Source: an uncultured Poribacteria bacterium
GTDB taxonomy: Bacteria; Poribacteria; WGA-4E; WGA-3G
Length of the DNA: 64,000 nt
Direction of reading: 5' to 3'
NCBI GenBank assembly: GCA_951813565.1
Contig: OX638351.1
Location: 1,312,001-1,376,000, forward strand
Positions 31,599 through 42,093 of the stretch are shown here, piece after piece. A program made the translations under genes and the position numbers. Positions within the stretch are counted from its first letter, which is position 1. The number at the start of each line of letters is the position of its first letter. Under the pieces are notes generated by a model. It saw only the letters and a program-made list of their open reading frames with translations. It ran no database searches and was not told where the DNA came from.

Positions 31599-31653
31599 AA
31601 TACAATAGGGTTATTGGTTGGCGAATCTATCCAACCAATAACCCTATTGTATT
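31599..31653. terminator. Perfect 23-bp hairpin between convergent genes (bidirectional terminator)
   Basis: AATACAATAGGGTTATTGGTTGG, 9-nt loop, CCAACCAATAACCCTATTGTATT. Confidence 0.8.
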
Positions 31654-34600
31654 TTAATTCTGATTCTTTTTCTTTTTAGCAGCGTTTTTAGGAGCAGCCT
31701 TTTGTCCATTCCCATTTTCCGCAGCCGCGAGTGCCTTCCCGAACTCTTCTACTGCTTTTACAAGTACTTCAAACTGCTTTGAAAGGGTTGGTTCTTTTTT
31801 TTCGTCTGTCGGCGTTTCATCAGTATTGGATTCATCAATATTTTCTCCTACGATAATTTCTTTTAATTCCTCATAAAACGAAGTGTCAGAAGCAATTCTG
31901 TTTGCAGCAACGAACACTTCTCTAAGTTTTGGTCGTGTTTTTATGGGGTCCGCGGAAGTATCATCTGCAGAGTCATTTGCGAGAATTAGATAGACAGGTT
32001 CAACGTAAAAAATTCCCCCATCAATAGGAAATATTTGAATATTTCCGCGAACTTTAGGGTTTTGTGCCCAAACTTTATCAGCTAACTCATTAGTAATATC
32101 TGCTTCAACCTGTTTTGGCCCAGCAACCCCTTCGGGATCTGACAAGACGTAGACGATACGTTCCCCGTAGTGATCCGGATCACAGCGGGCAACCAACCAT
32201 GCCTTCATATTAAATTCTTTTGTTTCTGGTGTAAACGGAACCATGTTAACAAACTCTACTTGATCTTCTCCAGGTAATTTGAGCATGGCATAATACGGCA
32301 TCATCTCCTGATCTGGGTTTTCAGAATAATAAATCTCAGATGGGATATGCCACCGATCACCTCTATCGAAGAATTGTTCAGGTTCTTCCACATGATAAAC
32401 ACCGTAGATTTTGGCTTGAATACGGGTTAGATAATCTGGAAATCGAAGGTGTTCCTGCAGTCCTACGGGCATTTCGTCAAGCCCTTTAAATAGTTTCGGA
32501 AATGCTCGATGATATGCTCCTGTAATGACCTCATTATTTCTTTTAATTGCATAAAAACTCACCTCACCAGAATAAGCATTCACGACAGCTACACCTGAAT
32601 TTCGAATGTAATTAAACCGCTTAAACCGTTTAAATTGGGGTTCTACATAGTTGCTATCAGGTGTTGGTGATGTGTCATCTTCATAGAACTGTGCGTTAGG
32701 ATAATGTTTACTTGTCACATAGAAATCAACAATCCACCACAATTTTCCATTATTAATAACAATATACGGGTCTGGATCGTAATCTAAGAAGGGAGCTATA
32801 TGCGACAAGCGATCAGTAACCATTTTTTTTCCATGTCGCGTCCCAATCTTCCGCCAAAACATCAACCTACTATCTGGTTGCAGTGACTCATTCCTAAAAA
32901 TTCTAAAAGTGTTGAATCTGATTGCAAAACAGAGTCGTCTAAACCATCCACCTAATCGAACCCCTCCTGTTCCACCATAGTGAAATTTATTTTTTTTACC
33001 TTCCGGTATAGTTGTATTCTCATCATTATTAATTCCGTTCTCTTTTTTCTTGTGCTCAAGGTCGTGTTCAGATTCTGTGGTATTAACAATAACATAATCG
33101 TATGTCATTTCCCCATAGTAAATCCAGGGTTGGGCAACCTTTAACTCAGGATATTTTTCATTATAGTGGACTCGGGATTCCGTTGTCTCATTCTTCTTTT
33201 CGGAATGTGGAACACCCTTTACCCAAAAAATTGGATTCTTGCCTTCTATATCATTCACAGGGGACACATAGACTCCATAACCGTGTGTAAAACTAAGTTT
33301 CTGAAGCCTCCATCCTTCCACTTTATCTGGGTCAATTTCCTGTGCGGCGATTAACACTTGTCTATACTGTTCGGTAGATTCAGTCTCCGTATCTATCTCA
33401 TTTGATGCCTCAATTTCGACACTTTCTGCAGATTCGTTGTTTCCTACTCGTCCTGTAGGTGCCTGTTCCTGTTGTGTTGATTTAGAGATGGTAGGCCGCC
33501 CTACACGATACCTATCAACATCTGTATAACGATGGAAGTTGTGATGTTTAACACGATGGTCTGCGCGTAGTAAATTATATAACACCTGTCGATCCCAGAG
33601 TTGAATATTTTCGACAACATCTGGGTTCTGATTGACCATATCCAACGTGGCAAGCTCTTCGTTATAAACCTCTTCCTTAATAGTGTTTAAATCAAAAGCT
33701 TCACGTGTGCTTTGAATGTGTGATTTCAGATATTCTCCCTCTTTAATGAGTTCAACAGTTCGAACGTTCCACCAATGATTCACAAATGGATAAACGTGAA
33801 TGAGCGTAAGATAACTTAAACCCCAAACTCCAATTGCCATGTACCATACGATGCGTTTCCGAGAAAAGAGATTAATCAAGATTGCAATACCTATACTCAC
33901 GATTATTGCAGAATAGATCCAAGTTGCCCCCGCAAGTTGGAAATCCATATAGAAGAATCCGTGCAATTCTGTAAGATTGTCTGTAATCGGAGAAGTGTAA
34001 ACCTTGCCCCACAGATAAACATAAATTCTCCAAATATTCACTGCCAACAACATCAACCACAAGGCAGAACCGTGAAAAGCAATATTTCTTTTCACAAATC
34101 CCATAGATCGTGCATCCCGACGGTAGTAGAAGTTGTAGAGTAAACCCACTACGCCGCAGGTTACCCATAGTAAAATCTCTATCCAAAGACTTACCGCTTG
34201 ATGTATAGGGAAGGAAAAGAGATAAAAATTCCGATCTTTCCCTAAAAGAAAAGGTTCAACTTTTTCAGTTGGGCGTTCCAGATAGCGGATAAAAATATCT
34301 TGTAGGGACATCATAGGAATAGCGAAGAGAATAGCAAGCAGAATCGTGCTGATAAAAAAGGTGCGATGGAAGGAGACGGTACGTTGGTGGGTCCAACGAG
34401 AAAACTCCCGCGGTTCCGGACACAGCCGTTTCGCTATTACTGCGTTCAAATTCATAAACGCTAACGCAACGAAGAAAAATCCAAAAAAGAGGCCCCATCG
34501 TATCTTTCGGAGTTTCCAAAAAATTTCGGCATAATTAACACTTACAAACCAGAGATGCTCCGTATAGAGGTAGGAAAACGGAATCATACTACTCAAAAGC

Positions 34601-34758
34601 GCAATACCACCTATCCCCCAAAGCAGATATGCCTGGATTTTCAACGAAAGTTTCCGATACCAAATCCCTCGCCGAAACCGGAAGATACCCCATATAAGGG
34701 TAATCGTGACAAGAATGACATTGAAAATTAGCCAAGCAATTGCAAGATCAGGACTCAT
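31654..34758 (-). CDS. UPF0182 family membrane protein
   Basis: LWF...Y, TREAFDL, IQLWD, DVDRY, THGYG, APFLDYDPDPY, NYIRNS, FYVEPVY. Confidence 0.9.
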   Translation of the reverse strand: MSPDLAIAWLIFNVILVTITLIWGIFRFRRGIWYRKLSLKIQAYLLWGIGGIALLSSMIPFSYLYTEHLWFVSVNYAEIFWKLRKIRWGLFFGFFFVALAFMNLNAVIAKRLCPEPREFSRWTHQRTVSFHRTFFISTILLAILFAIPMMSLQDIFIRYLERPTEKVEPFLLGKDRNFYLFSFPIHQAVSLWIEILLWVTCGVVGLLYNFYYRRDARSMGFVKRNIAFHGSALWLMLLAVNIWRIYVYLWGKVYTSPITDNLTELHGFFYMDFQLAGATWIYSAIIVSIGIAILINLFSRKRIVWYMAIGVWGLSYLTLIHVYPFVNHWWNVRTVELIKEGEYLKSHIQSTREAFDLNTIKEEVYNEELATLDMVNQNPDVVENIQLWDRQVLYNLLRADHRVKHHNFHRYTDVDRYRVGRPTISKSTQQEQAPTGRVGNNESAESVEIEASNEIDTETESTEQYRQVLIAAQEIDPDKVEGWRLQKLSFTHGYGVYVSPVNDIEGKNPIFWVKGVPHSEKKNETTESRVHYNEKYPELKVAQPWIYYGEMTYDYVIVNTTESEHDLEHKKKENGINNDENTTIPEGKKNKFHYGGTGGVRLGGWFRRLCFAIRFNTFRIFRNESLQPDSRLMFWRKIGTRHGKKMVTDRLSHIAPFLDYDPDPYIVINNGKLWWIVDFYVTSKHYPNAQFYEDDTSPTPDSNYVEPQFKRFKRFNYIRNSGVAVVNAYSGEVSFYAIKRNNEVITGAYHRAFPKLFKGLDEMPVGLQEHLRFPDYLTRIQAKIYGVYHVEEPEQFFDRGDRWHIPSEIYYSENPDQEMMPYYAMLKLPGEDQVEFVNMVPFTPETKEFNMKAWLVARCDPDHYGERIVYVLSDPEGVAGPKQVEADITNELADKVWAQNPKVRGNIQIFPIDGGIFYVEPVYLILANDSADDTSADPIKTRPKLREVFVAANRIASDTSFYEELKEIIVGENIDESNTDETPTDEKKEPTLSKQFEVLVKAVEEFGKALAAAENGNGQKAAPKNAAKKKKNQN

Positions 34759-34878
34759 AAGAAAAACCTCTTTTGGTTTTCGTAGGGAGTAGCATCAAGC
34801 AGTTAAGCAAGTTAACATATCTATCTCAACGCCGTAGTCCGTTTGGACACATTCCTATGCTGTGAAACGCTTTAATAT

Positions 34879-34907
34879 AGAATACCATCATTTTTAACCG
34901 ATGTCAA
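34879..34907 (-). promoter_or_regulatory. Sigma70-like promoter for the UPF0182 gene
   Basis: TTGACA, 17 bp, TGn-TATTCT on the minus strand. Confidence 0.55.
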
Positions 34908-35084
34908 GGCAATCAACATAAGTCGCTATTGTCAATCCTAATCTGAATATACGTTTTTGATACACAACAAATCCTCTCAAAATTTTGTTTTTCATTTTTT
35001 ACATTTTTGCTATAATGTGATAGTTGCAAGATGGACTTGCAAATTACGACTTATACTCACCCATAATAAGCAAGGAGGCTTGTT

Positions 35085-35540
35085 ATGTTTGGAAGAAAAA
35101 AGAAAACGACAATGATCCCCACAATTAGTTCTGGGGTCACAGGTCCCCTCGGTGTGTTACATCTCCCTCGATTTTGGTCAAAGGTGTTGATGGATGCCAA
35201 AGGGGTACTCCATGAAGATTATCCCGCATGTGGCGCGGGGTACGATCAGATGGTGTTAGACGGGCTCGGACTTGATAAAGACGCTACACTGGCGTATATC
35301 CGAGACAATTCACCCACCTATCCGCAATTTGAAGCGTGGGTTTTGGAGCAGAGCGGCGGTAGTCTTGATGCTAACGCTGTTGCTGAGTTGAACGCCGCAA
35401 TTGAGGGGTACCATCATGATGACGATACCCGTAAAGGCATTCTCGGTGCAAGCGGAATCGAAGACGATGGTAGTATTTTAGACGCGGTTAATCTAAATAA
35501 CCTTGATGATTGGTCCGAATTTCATGCAAGTTTAGATTAA
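35085..35540 (+). CDS. DUF5069-like protein
   Basis: AAGGAGG RBS; GPLGVLHLPRFWSK N-terminal motif; TG-TATAAT at 35008-35016. Confidence 0.65.
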   Translation: MFGRKKKTTMIPTISSGVTGPLGVLHLPRFWSKVLMDAKGVLHEDYPACGAGYDQMVLDGLGLDKDATLAYIRDNSPTYPQFEAWVLEQSGGSLDANAVAELNAAIEGYHHDDDTRKGILGASGIEDDGSILDAVNLNNLDDWSEFHASLD

Positions 35541-35647
35541 ATGTTCGCTCATGTAAAAAGTGTGTGCGGTTGTTTTTAATGAAGGCAATGGCCACGCGGG
35601 TTAAACCTTTTGATTAGCACTCATTCTTTACATGAGCCTAAATGTTT

Positions 35648-35694
35648 AGACATCTCTATGTAGGCACGGAAAGCAAACCTACATGGAGATGTCT
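35648..35694. terminator. 17-bp hairpin between convergent genes
   Basis: AGACATCTCTATGTAGG ... CCTACATGGAGATGTCT followed by a T-rich tract. Confidence 0.65.
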
Positions 35695-35708
35695 GTTTTG
35701 TCTTTTAC

Positions 35709-36767
35709 TTATTTGTCTGCCGCTGAAGTTAGTTCGATTGCTTTACCCGTTTCAGAGGATTTGAGACCAGCAAGCAGGATTTCAGTGACATGCCGCGCCG
35801 TGTAAACGTTAGAGAGAGGCGGTTGTGTTCCTGCTCGGATATGTTCGGCAAAATGTGCATGCATCCCGCTTGGTGCAACGTCGCCGCAGTCAATCGCTTT
35901 GGTATCAACCGGAGCATGTTCGCGGGTATAAGAGGTAGGTGTCCATTGCGTTAGTGCAGCACCATCTTTACCGGGCATTGTGAATTTGCCTGCTGTGCCG
36001 TGGACACTTGATTCACCTGTTCGCGCAGGATCGCACCAACTGGTTTCTGCTGTGACAATACCACCCGATTGCATCTCAAGCACAAGCGTTGCAACATCTT
36101 CTAACGCTGTTGGTTTGTCAAAAGTGGAAACGAAGCCCGTTACGCGTTTGAACGTTCCGAGCATCGCGACAAGTCCGGAGACAGCATAAACACCCATATC
36201 AAAAAGTGCACCGACACTTGCTTGTTTCGCATCGAAAAACCACAGATCGTCTCCAGATTCACCGAAAATATCGCGAATTTCAGCATAGTAAATCTCAGGG
36301 CCGCCATGACTGCTGCGCATTCTTGCACCTGATACACGTCCAATGGCATTTTCAGCAATAAGTTGGCGAACTTTATAGATACCAGCACCGAAATGCGGGA
36401 GACACATAACTGTTTTACCACTCGCTTCAGCAGCATCAACAAATTGGTTTGCTTCGTCCATAGCGCCGCAGAGCGGTTTTTGCATCAGCACATGCTTGCC
36501 CGCTTGCAATGCCTTAACACCCCACGAAACATGTAAGGGATGCGGGGTACCGACAAGGATAGCGTCAAGTGTGTCGTCAGCAATAATGGCATCATAATCC
36601 TGCGTCCAACGTGGAATATCAAATTCTTTACATTGATGTTTAAGACGGTGTTCGCGTCTACCCCCAATAACAGTGACCTCAAAATCGTCACCTTTTGTCA
36701 AATCAGGTAGATGCATTCGGCAGACGATACCACCGGCACCAATAATGCCGAGTTTAAATTTATCCAT
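35709..36767 (-). CDS. Gfo/Idh/MocA family oxidoreductase
   Basis: GIIGAGGI, GTPHPLH, GKHVLMQKP, GALFDMGVY. Confidence 0.9.
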   Translation of the reverse strand: MDKFKLGIIGAGGIVCRMHLPDLTKGDDFEVTVIGGRREHRLKHQCKEFDIPRWTQDYDAIIADDTLDAILVGTPHPLHVSWGVKALQAGKHVLMQKPLCGAMDEANQFVDAAEASGKTVMCLPHFGAGIYKVRQLIAENAIGRVSGARMRSSHGGPEIYYAEIRDIFGESGDDLWFFDAKQASVGALFDMGVYAVSGLVAMLGTFKRVTGFVSTFDKPTALEDVATLVLEMQSGGIVTAETSWCDPARTGESSVHGTAGKFTMPGKDGAALTQWTPTSYTREHAPVDTKAIDCGDVAPSGMHAHFAEHIRAGTQPPLSNVYTARHVTEILLAGLKSSETGKAIELTSAADK

Positions 36768-36788
36768 AGTTTTAATAATTCCTTCTAA

Positions 36789-37298
36789 ATGAAACAGTTA
36801 CGAAATAAAGCTCTTAAACACTTTTTAAAACAGTCAGGTTCTCCAGTTGCCGAACTCGTTTTTGTTCTGCAAGATGTTGAAGACCCGGTTAACGTTGGTG
36901 CAACCTTCAGAATTGCCGATGCGTGCGGCGTTCGCGAGATTGTGTTAGCCGGTATTAGTGCACATCCGCCGCACCCAACTATCGCGGGTATCGGACGCGG
37001 CACACATCGCCGCGTTCCATGGAACACAACAAAATATGCTGCCGATGCCGTTGAAAAATATAAAGAAGAAGGCTATCTCGCGTGTGCCTTAGAGGTCGCA
37101 TCGGATGCCGTGCCTTATAATACGGTTGAATATCCTGAGAAAGTGTGTTTAATTGTCGGAAATGAATACCGTGGCATTTCACGACGCACATTCGAGGTTT
37201 GTGATATGGCGATTTACCTTCCGATGTATGGAAAAGTCGGATCGTTGAATGTACACGTCGCATTGGCAGTCGCGACATACCATATTTTACATAAATGA
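36789..37298 (+). CDS. TrmH/SpoU-family RNA methyltransferase
   Basis: DPVNVGATFR, VGNEYRG, LPMYG..SLNV. Confidence 0.9.
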   Translation: MKQLRNKALKHFLKQSGSPVAELVFVLQDVEDPVNVGATFRIADACGVREIVLAGISAHPPHPTIAGIGRGTHRRVPWNTTKYAADAVEKYKEEGYLACALEVASDAVPYNTVEYPEKVCLIVGNEYRGISRRTFEVCDMAIYLPMYGKVGSLNVHVALAVATYHILHK

Positions 37299-37305
37299 AA
37301 ACAAA

Positions 37306-37965
37306 TCAACCCTCAATCGGTGTCAAAACAACGTTGCGATACGCGACAGGACCGTGATCGCCTTGCAACAATAAAGGACCAGTAACCGCTTCATCTGCTA
37401 ACATTGCCCCGCGCGTAACCCCTGCCACTTCAACGTTCTCGTGAATTATTTGTCCATTCCACACGACTTTGACGAAAGTTGCATTAGCAGTTTTATTGTT
37501 GTTTGCATCATACCTTGGGGTGCGGAAGGTGATGTCGTACGTTTGCCATTCCCCTGGCGGTTTGCTCGCATTCACACGTGGTGGAACGCCATCTACAGGT
37601 TTATTGTCAATCCAGCGACAATACACACCGCCGCATGTCCCATAGTGTAGTTCCGTTGCGCCCCAACTATCTAATATCTGAATCTCATACCTACCCATCA
37701 CATAAACACCCGAATTTGATCCCTGAGGCACCATAAATTCAACGTGCAGTTCGCAATCACCATGTTCATATTCTGTGTAAAGATCTGTTGTTCGTCCTGT
37801 AGGACCGTTGTAAAAAATGCCTTCGCCAGCAGTTGCTGCTAACAACTTATGATCATCTGGATTGAGCGCGACATCACCGATAGCAGACCATGCGTGTTCC
37901 GAAGCACCGCCTCTCGCGTGCCAACCGTCCATGTTCTTACCATTAAAGAGAGCAATTTGGGACAT
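37306..37965 (-). CDS. DUF1080 (3-keto-disaccharide hydrolase-like) protein
   Basis: LFNGK..GW, NSGVY, EIQILDS, GEWQTYDI, LQGDHGPVAYRN. Confidence 0.88.
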   Translation of the reverse strand: MSQIALFNGKNMDGWHARGGASEHAWSAIGDVALNPDDHKLLAATAGEGIFYNGPTGRTTDLYTEYEHGDCELHVEFMVPQGSNSGVYVMGRYEIQILDSWGATELHYGTCGGVYCRWIDNKPVDGVPPRVNASKPPGEWQTYDITFRTPRYDANNNKTANATFVKVVWNGQIIHENVEVAGVTRGAMLADEAVTGPLLLQGDHGPVAYRNVVLTPIEG

Positions 37966-38022
37966 ATATCCCTCCTATGTAAATGTGTTAGATACTTTGA
38001 TAAATTTACCAAAAATTTATCA

Positions 38023-38051
38023 TTGACAAATTTTGAAAAATGACATACTCT
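38023..38051 (+). promoter_or_regulatory. Sigma70-like promoter for the cytochrome gene
   Basis: TTGACA, 17 bp, TACTCT. Confidence 0.5.
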
Positions 38052-38140
38052 ATATGGATAATGTATGATTCAAATGCTAACTGAATATAATACGGAAGTA
38101 AGTGTCTTTAGGAAATTATATTGAAGGATAATTAAAGCCT

Positions 38141-39067
38141 ATGAAACAAGCGTTCTTATTTTTATTTTTATCCCTACTGATGGGATCACTCGTTGTTTTC
38201 AAAATTGCTACGATCCAAGCGGATACTACGAATAAGCAAGAAAGCACTTCAGAGACTATAAAAACACCTTTTGCTGAAGGTTGCAACAAATGTCACGGAG
38301 ATGAAGATGCTTACAAAGAATGGACGCAGGCGGGGCATTCACATGCACTTGTCAATCTCCTTGAAGGACCGTATGAGGTAAAAACGTCTTGTCTGAGTTG
38401 TCACTCCTCTGGGTATACCCTGTTTGCCGAGCGAGGGATTCCAGGACACCCGTATAACGAAAAGACAGCGGTCAATGCAGTTGCGTGCTCTTCCTGCCAT
38501 TCACATTCCAGCAAAGAAGAACATTTATTGGTAGTACCAGCAAAAAAATTATGTATCAGTTGCCACAAGATGGACTGTGGGTGTGCTGGCGCTGGTATTG
38601 TACACCAATCGCAAGCAGAGATGTTTTTAGGACGTGAAGGTGCAGGTGTTAAACGGATGCCATCACCGCACGTACGTGCTATGAAAAAACGTTGTGTCCA
38701 CTGCCACATGGCAAAAAATGACCCGAAAAAAGACGGCCAAGAAACTGTCGCAAAACATGGTGGTCATACCTTCAAGGCGGACTTCTCAACTTGTGGCAGC
38801 GCGGGATGCCATGATAGTGTTGACAATGATATGGCAACAAAACTACCGCTGTATCGTGCTGAAATTGAGGCAAAAATGAAGGAAGTCAAAACAATGCTGG
38901 ACAACGCAGCAGATAACACTTCGCAAGCCTATAAAGATGCAAAGTTAAACTATGACATGGTGAAAGGAGACAGCGGCTACGGGTTACATAATATCCCTTA
39001 TGCCCGCGCTTTATTAGAGCATAGCCTCTCTCTAAAACCACAATTAACCTTTGCCAAAGATCAGTAA
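38141..39067 (+). CDS. Exported multiheme c-type cytochrome
   Basis: Five CxxCH motifs plus one CX4CH (CGSAGCH); C-terminal GDSGYGLHN helical region. Confidence 0.88.
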   Translation: MKQAFLFLFLSLLMGSLVVFKIATIQADTTNKQESTSETIKTPFAEGCNKCHGDEDAYKEWTQAGHSHALVNLLEGPYEVKTSCLSCHSSGYTLFAERGIPGHPYNEKTAVNAVACSSCHSHSSKEEHLLVVPAKKLCISCHKMDCGCAGAGIVHQSQAEMFLGREGAGVKRMPSPHVRAMKKRCVHCHMAKNDPKKDGQETVAKHGGHTFKADFSTCGSAGCHDSVDNDMATKLPLYRAEIEAKMKEVKTMLDNAADNTSQAYKDAKLNYDMVKGDSGYGLHNIPYARALLEHSLSLKPQLTFAKDQ

Positions 39068-39101
39068 ACGCTTCTACTAATGATTTAGCAGAGACAGAAT
39101 T

Positions 39102-39959
39102 TTAACTGCCACCATTCAGTGCCGATTTTAACGGAACATCCTTATCTTGCGGTATATAATAACTCAACGGGTCACTGACAACACCGATGAGCTGCTTTTG
39201 AATCGGAGTGCATTTGGCGACCAAGTTATCCGGCATCTGTATATAGTCCATCGGTTTGACCCAACGATAGGCATATCCCATAAAGATCGTTTTGCGCGGC
39301 AAACCTGACCAATTGTGTCCGATGCCATGATACGTCCGTTGTTCAAAGAGGAAGGCATCACCAGCATTGACGTTCATAGAAATCGCACCACGTGCCCAAC
39401 CTGTTTCAGGATCACGGGCAGGCATACCGGTTAATCGGTTACTTCCTGGTACTAACACCGTTGCACCTGAGGCAGGGTCAGACTGGTCACTGATAGCGTA
39501 CGCTATCTTGAGCAGGATACGCGGATGCGGTTCCTGCATCTCGCGATATGACGTTCCACCATCACGATGAAGTCCAATCTTCGTCTTGGCATCGTCAGCA
39601 GGTTCCTCTTTTGAAGGGAGAACAATCAGGTGTGACGTAATCATCTGGATGTTCCAATTCAACACACCGCAAGCGAGGGGAAAAGTATTGTCCCAGTCAA
39701 GCAGTTGGAGAAACGCTTCATGATGCGTAAGACAATTACGAAGATTCAGTTTACCGCCTTGTTCCAGATTGCCTGCTTCCTCTTGCGTGGCATAAACTTC
39801 GTCAACAGCAGCGTCAATTTCTGCCACGACATCTGATGGTAAAGCGTTTTTAATTAAGAGGTATCCGTTGTTATCAACAAACTGTTTTTGTTCAGACGAA
39901 AGGACTACCGCCTCAGACAAATCGTTCATCGTATCCATTTTTTCATCCTTTTTAGACAT
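39102..39959 (-). CDS. PhyH-family (phytanoyl-CoA dioxygenase-like) 2OG-Fe(II) dioxygenase
   Basis: HRDGG, GATVLVPGS, AGDAFLF..YH..R; start uncertain (39959 or 39938). Confidence 0.88.
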   Translation of the reverse strand: MSKKDEKMDTMNDLSEAVVLSSEQKQFVDNNGYLLIKNALPSDVVAEIDAAVDEVYATQEEAGNLEQGGKLNLRNCLTHHEAFLQLLDWDNTFPLACGVLNWNIQMITSHLIVLPSKEEPADDAKTKIGLHRDGGTSYREMQEPHPRILLKIAYAISDQSDPASGATVLVPGSNRLTGMPARDPETGWARGAISMNVNAGDAFLFEQRTYHGIGHNWSGLPRKTIFMGYAYRWVKPMDYIQMPDNLVAKCTPIQKQLIGVVSDPLSYYIPQDKDVPLKSALNGGS

Positions 39960-40111
39960 GTCTAAATTCAATTATGTAATTCCGATTTTGGACGCTTGGC
40001 TTTCCTTTAGTTTTAAAGTATACAAGGATTTACAGAAAATCTCAAGATAATTTTAGACAATATCAGCACTCTGAAGCTTAAGGCTACAACGCGGAAAGTT
40101 CAGAATCAATT

Positions 40112-42064
40112 TTGAGACCTACAACTTCACAGCAATCAGGGAACGTTCAAGAAAGGGCGCATCGTGAACTAACAACACAGAGACGGCAACATTCCGGTGC
40201 GACATGGCGTGCTATCTTAATCGGCACCGGACTCATTATACCCAATGTTTATTGGATTTTAGATTCAGCGGGACAAGGGTATCCGACCACGATTTCGCTC
40301 TATTTCAATGTCATCTTCTGTATCTTTGTTATGACAGGTGCAAATTTGGCATTGATGCGGTTTTTACCCCGCATCGCGTTCCAGCAAGGCGAATTGTTGA
40401 CGATCTATGTCATGCTCGCTATTGCTTCCTCCTTGGCAGGACACGATGTTCTCCGCGTCTTAATCCCGATGATTCCCTACGCTTTCTGGTATGCTACACC
40501 TGAAAACGATTGGACGCATCTATTTCATCGCTATATCCCTGATTGGATAGCAGTCAAAGATAAAACATTTTTAACGGAGTATTACCGAGGCGAAACGAGT
40601 TTATATCGCTGGGAAATTATAGAAGGATGGATCACCACCACCCTAACTTGGGGTGGTTTTTTATGCGCGCTTGTGTTCGTCATGGTTTTCATCAATACTC
40701 TCGTTCGCAAACAGTGGACAGAACACGAAAAACTGAGTTATCCGATTATTCAACTACCGCTTGAATTGACAAACGTCGGTAAAACAAACCTGCTGACAAA
40801 CAAGATGATGTGGCTTGGCTTCGGAATTGCGGGTACGATTGATATTCTCAACGGGTTGCACTATCTTTTTCCAACCGTGCCGAGCCTTGGTGGTCGTCTC
40901 TACGATATGCGTCCATTTTTTACACAAAAACCGTGGAGTGCGATCGGATGGACTCCCGTTGCTGTATTTCCATTTGCTGTGGGGATGGCATTTTTTATCC
41001 CACTGGATCTATCGTTTTCTTGTTGGTTTTTTTATCTGTTTTGGAAGGCGGAACGGATTTTTGGAGATGCGTTGGGAATCAGAGGTATGCCAAGCTTTCC
41101 GTTTACCGATGAGCAATCGTTTGGTGCGTATATAGGTTTATTCGTTATTGCTGTAATTGCTACGCGAAAACACCTCGCACAGGTGGTACGTAAAATCTTT
41201 AGGCAGCACAGAGGCGACGATTCTGACGAACCGATGTCTTATCGCGGCATGATAATCTGCCTTATTGGTAGCCTGATGTTTATCGCTATCTTTTGTAATA
41301 CCGCTGGGATGTCTGTGTGGGCGATTGTAGTTTTCTTCGGAATTTATTACGCAATTTCCACTGCTGTGACTCGTATGCGCGCCGAACTTGGCTCACCGGT
41401 CCACGATTTGCATTTCATCGGACCGGATGAGATGATGCCTCGAATCTTCGGAACGCGCCTGCTCGGACCACGAAACCTAACGATGCTTGCCTACCTCTTC
41501 TCTTTCAATCGTGCCTATCGTGGACATCCAATGCCGCATATCCTTGAAGGCTTTAAACTTGCTGAACGCACTCAAATCTCCAATCGCAGACTTCTCATTG
41601 CAATGTGTATAGCAATTGTTATCGGAACATTCGCATCATTTTGGGCATTTTATCATATTTCATACATTGAAGGTGCACGCGATTGGTTTGCAGGCAGACC
41701 GTTTAACAGGCTTCAGAGTTGGCTCACTTCACCCAAAGTGCCGGACGTGCCTGCTATTGTCGCAATGTGTGTCGGATTTCTGATTACCGGGTTCTTGATG
41801 ATTATGCGGATACGTCTGTTTTGGTGGCCCTTTCATCCCGCGGGGTTTGCTATTTCAAGCAGTTGGTCAATGAATGTGTTTTGGTTTTCCATCTTCGTCA
41901 GTTCCGTTATCAAGTGGATTATTCTGAAGCAAGGTGGGATGAACTTGCATCGCAAACTTATTCCGTTTTTTCTCGGTTTGATTCTGGGAGAATTTATTGT
42001 CGGTGGTGTGTGGAGTCTTATCGGGATTACGTTGAATACACCGATGTATCGGTTTTTGTTTTAA
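40112..42064 (+). CDS. Polytopic membrane protein, DUF6785/DUF6784-like (OPT-related putative transporter)
   Basis: Many TM helices; RKQW..EKLSYP, RMRAELG, WWPFHPAG, PFFLGLILG. Confidence 0.7.
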   Translation: MRPTTSQQSGNVQERAHRELTTQRRQHSGATWRAILIGTGLIIPNVYWILDSAGQGYPTTISLYFNVIFCIFVMTGANLALMRFLPRIAFQQGELLTIYVMLAIASSLAGHDVLRVLIPMIPYAFWYATPENDWTHLFHRYIPDWIAVKDKTFLTEYYRGETSLYRWEIIEGWITTTLTWGGFLCALVFVMVFINTLVRKQWTEHEKLSYPIIQLPLELTNVGKTNLLTNKMMWLGFGIAGTIDILNGLHYLFPTVPSLGGRLYDMRPFFTQKPWSAIGWTPVAVFPFAVGMAFFIPLDLSFSCWFFYLFWKAERIFGDALGIRGMPSFPFTDEQSFGAYIGLFVIAVIATRKHLAQVVRKIFRQHRGDDSDEPMSYRGMIICLIGSLMFIAIFCNTAGMSVWAIVVFFGIYYAISTAVTRMRAELGSPVHDLHFIGPDEMMPRIFGTRLLGPRNLTMLAYLFSFNRAYRGHPMPHILEGFKLAERTQISNRRLLIAMCIAIVIGTFASFWAFYHISYIEGARDWFAGRPFNRLQSWLTSPKVPDVPAIVAMCVGFLITGFLMIMRIRLFWWPFHPAGFAISSSWSMNVFWFSIFVSSVIKWIILKQGGMNLHRKLIPFFLGLILGEFIVGGVWSLIGITLNTPMYRFLF

Positions 42065-42093
42065 CTATAACAGTTATACCAATTCAAGAAGTT

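Noticed and set aside
31654..34758. Acidic low-complexity insertions in the UPF0182 protein as possible inteins
   Set aside because: Too short, with no intein splice-junction motifs.
34760..35084. Riboswitch or ncRNA in the divergent spacer
   Set aside because: Only promoter-like hexamers and a short hairpin; no recognisable aptamer consensus.
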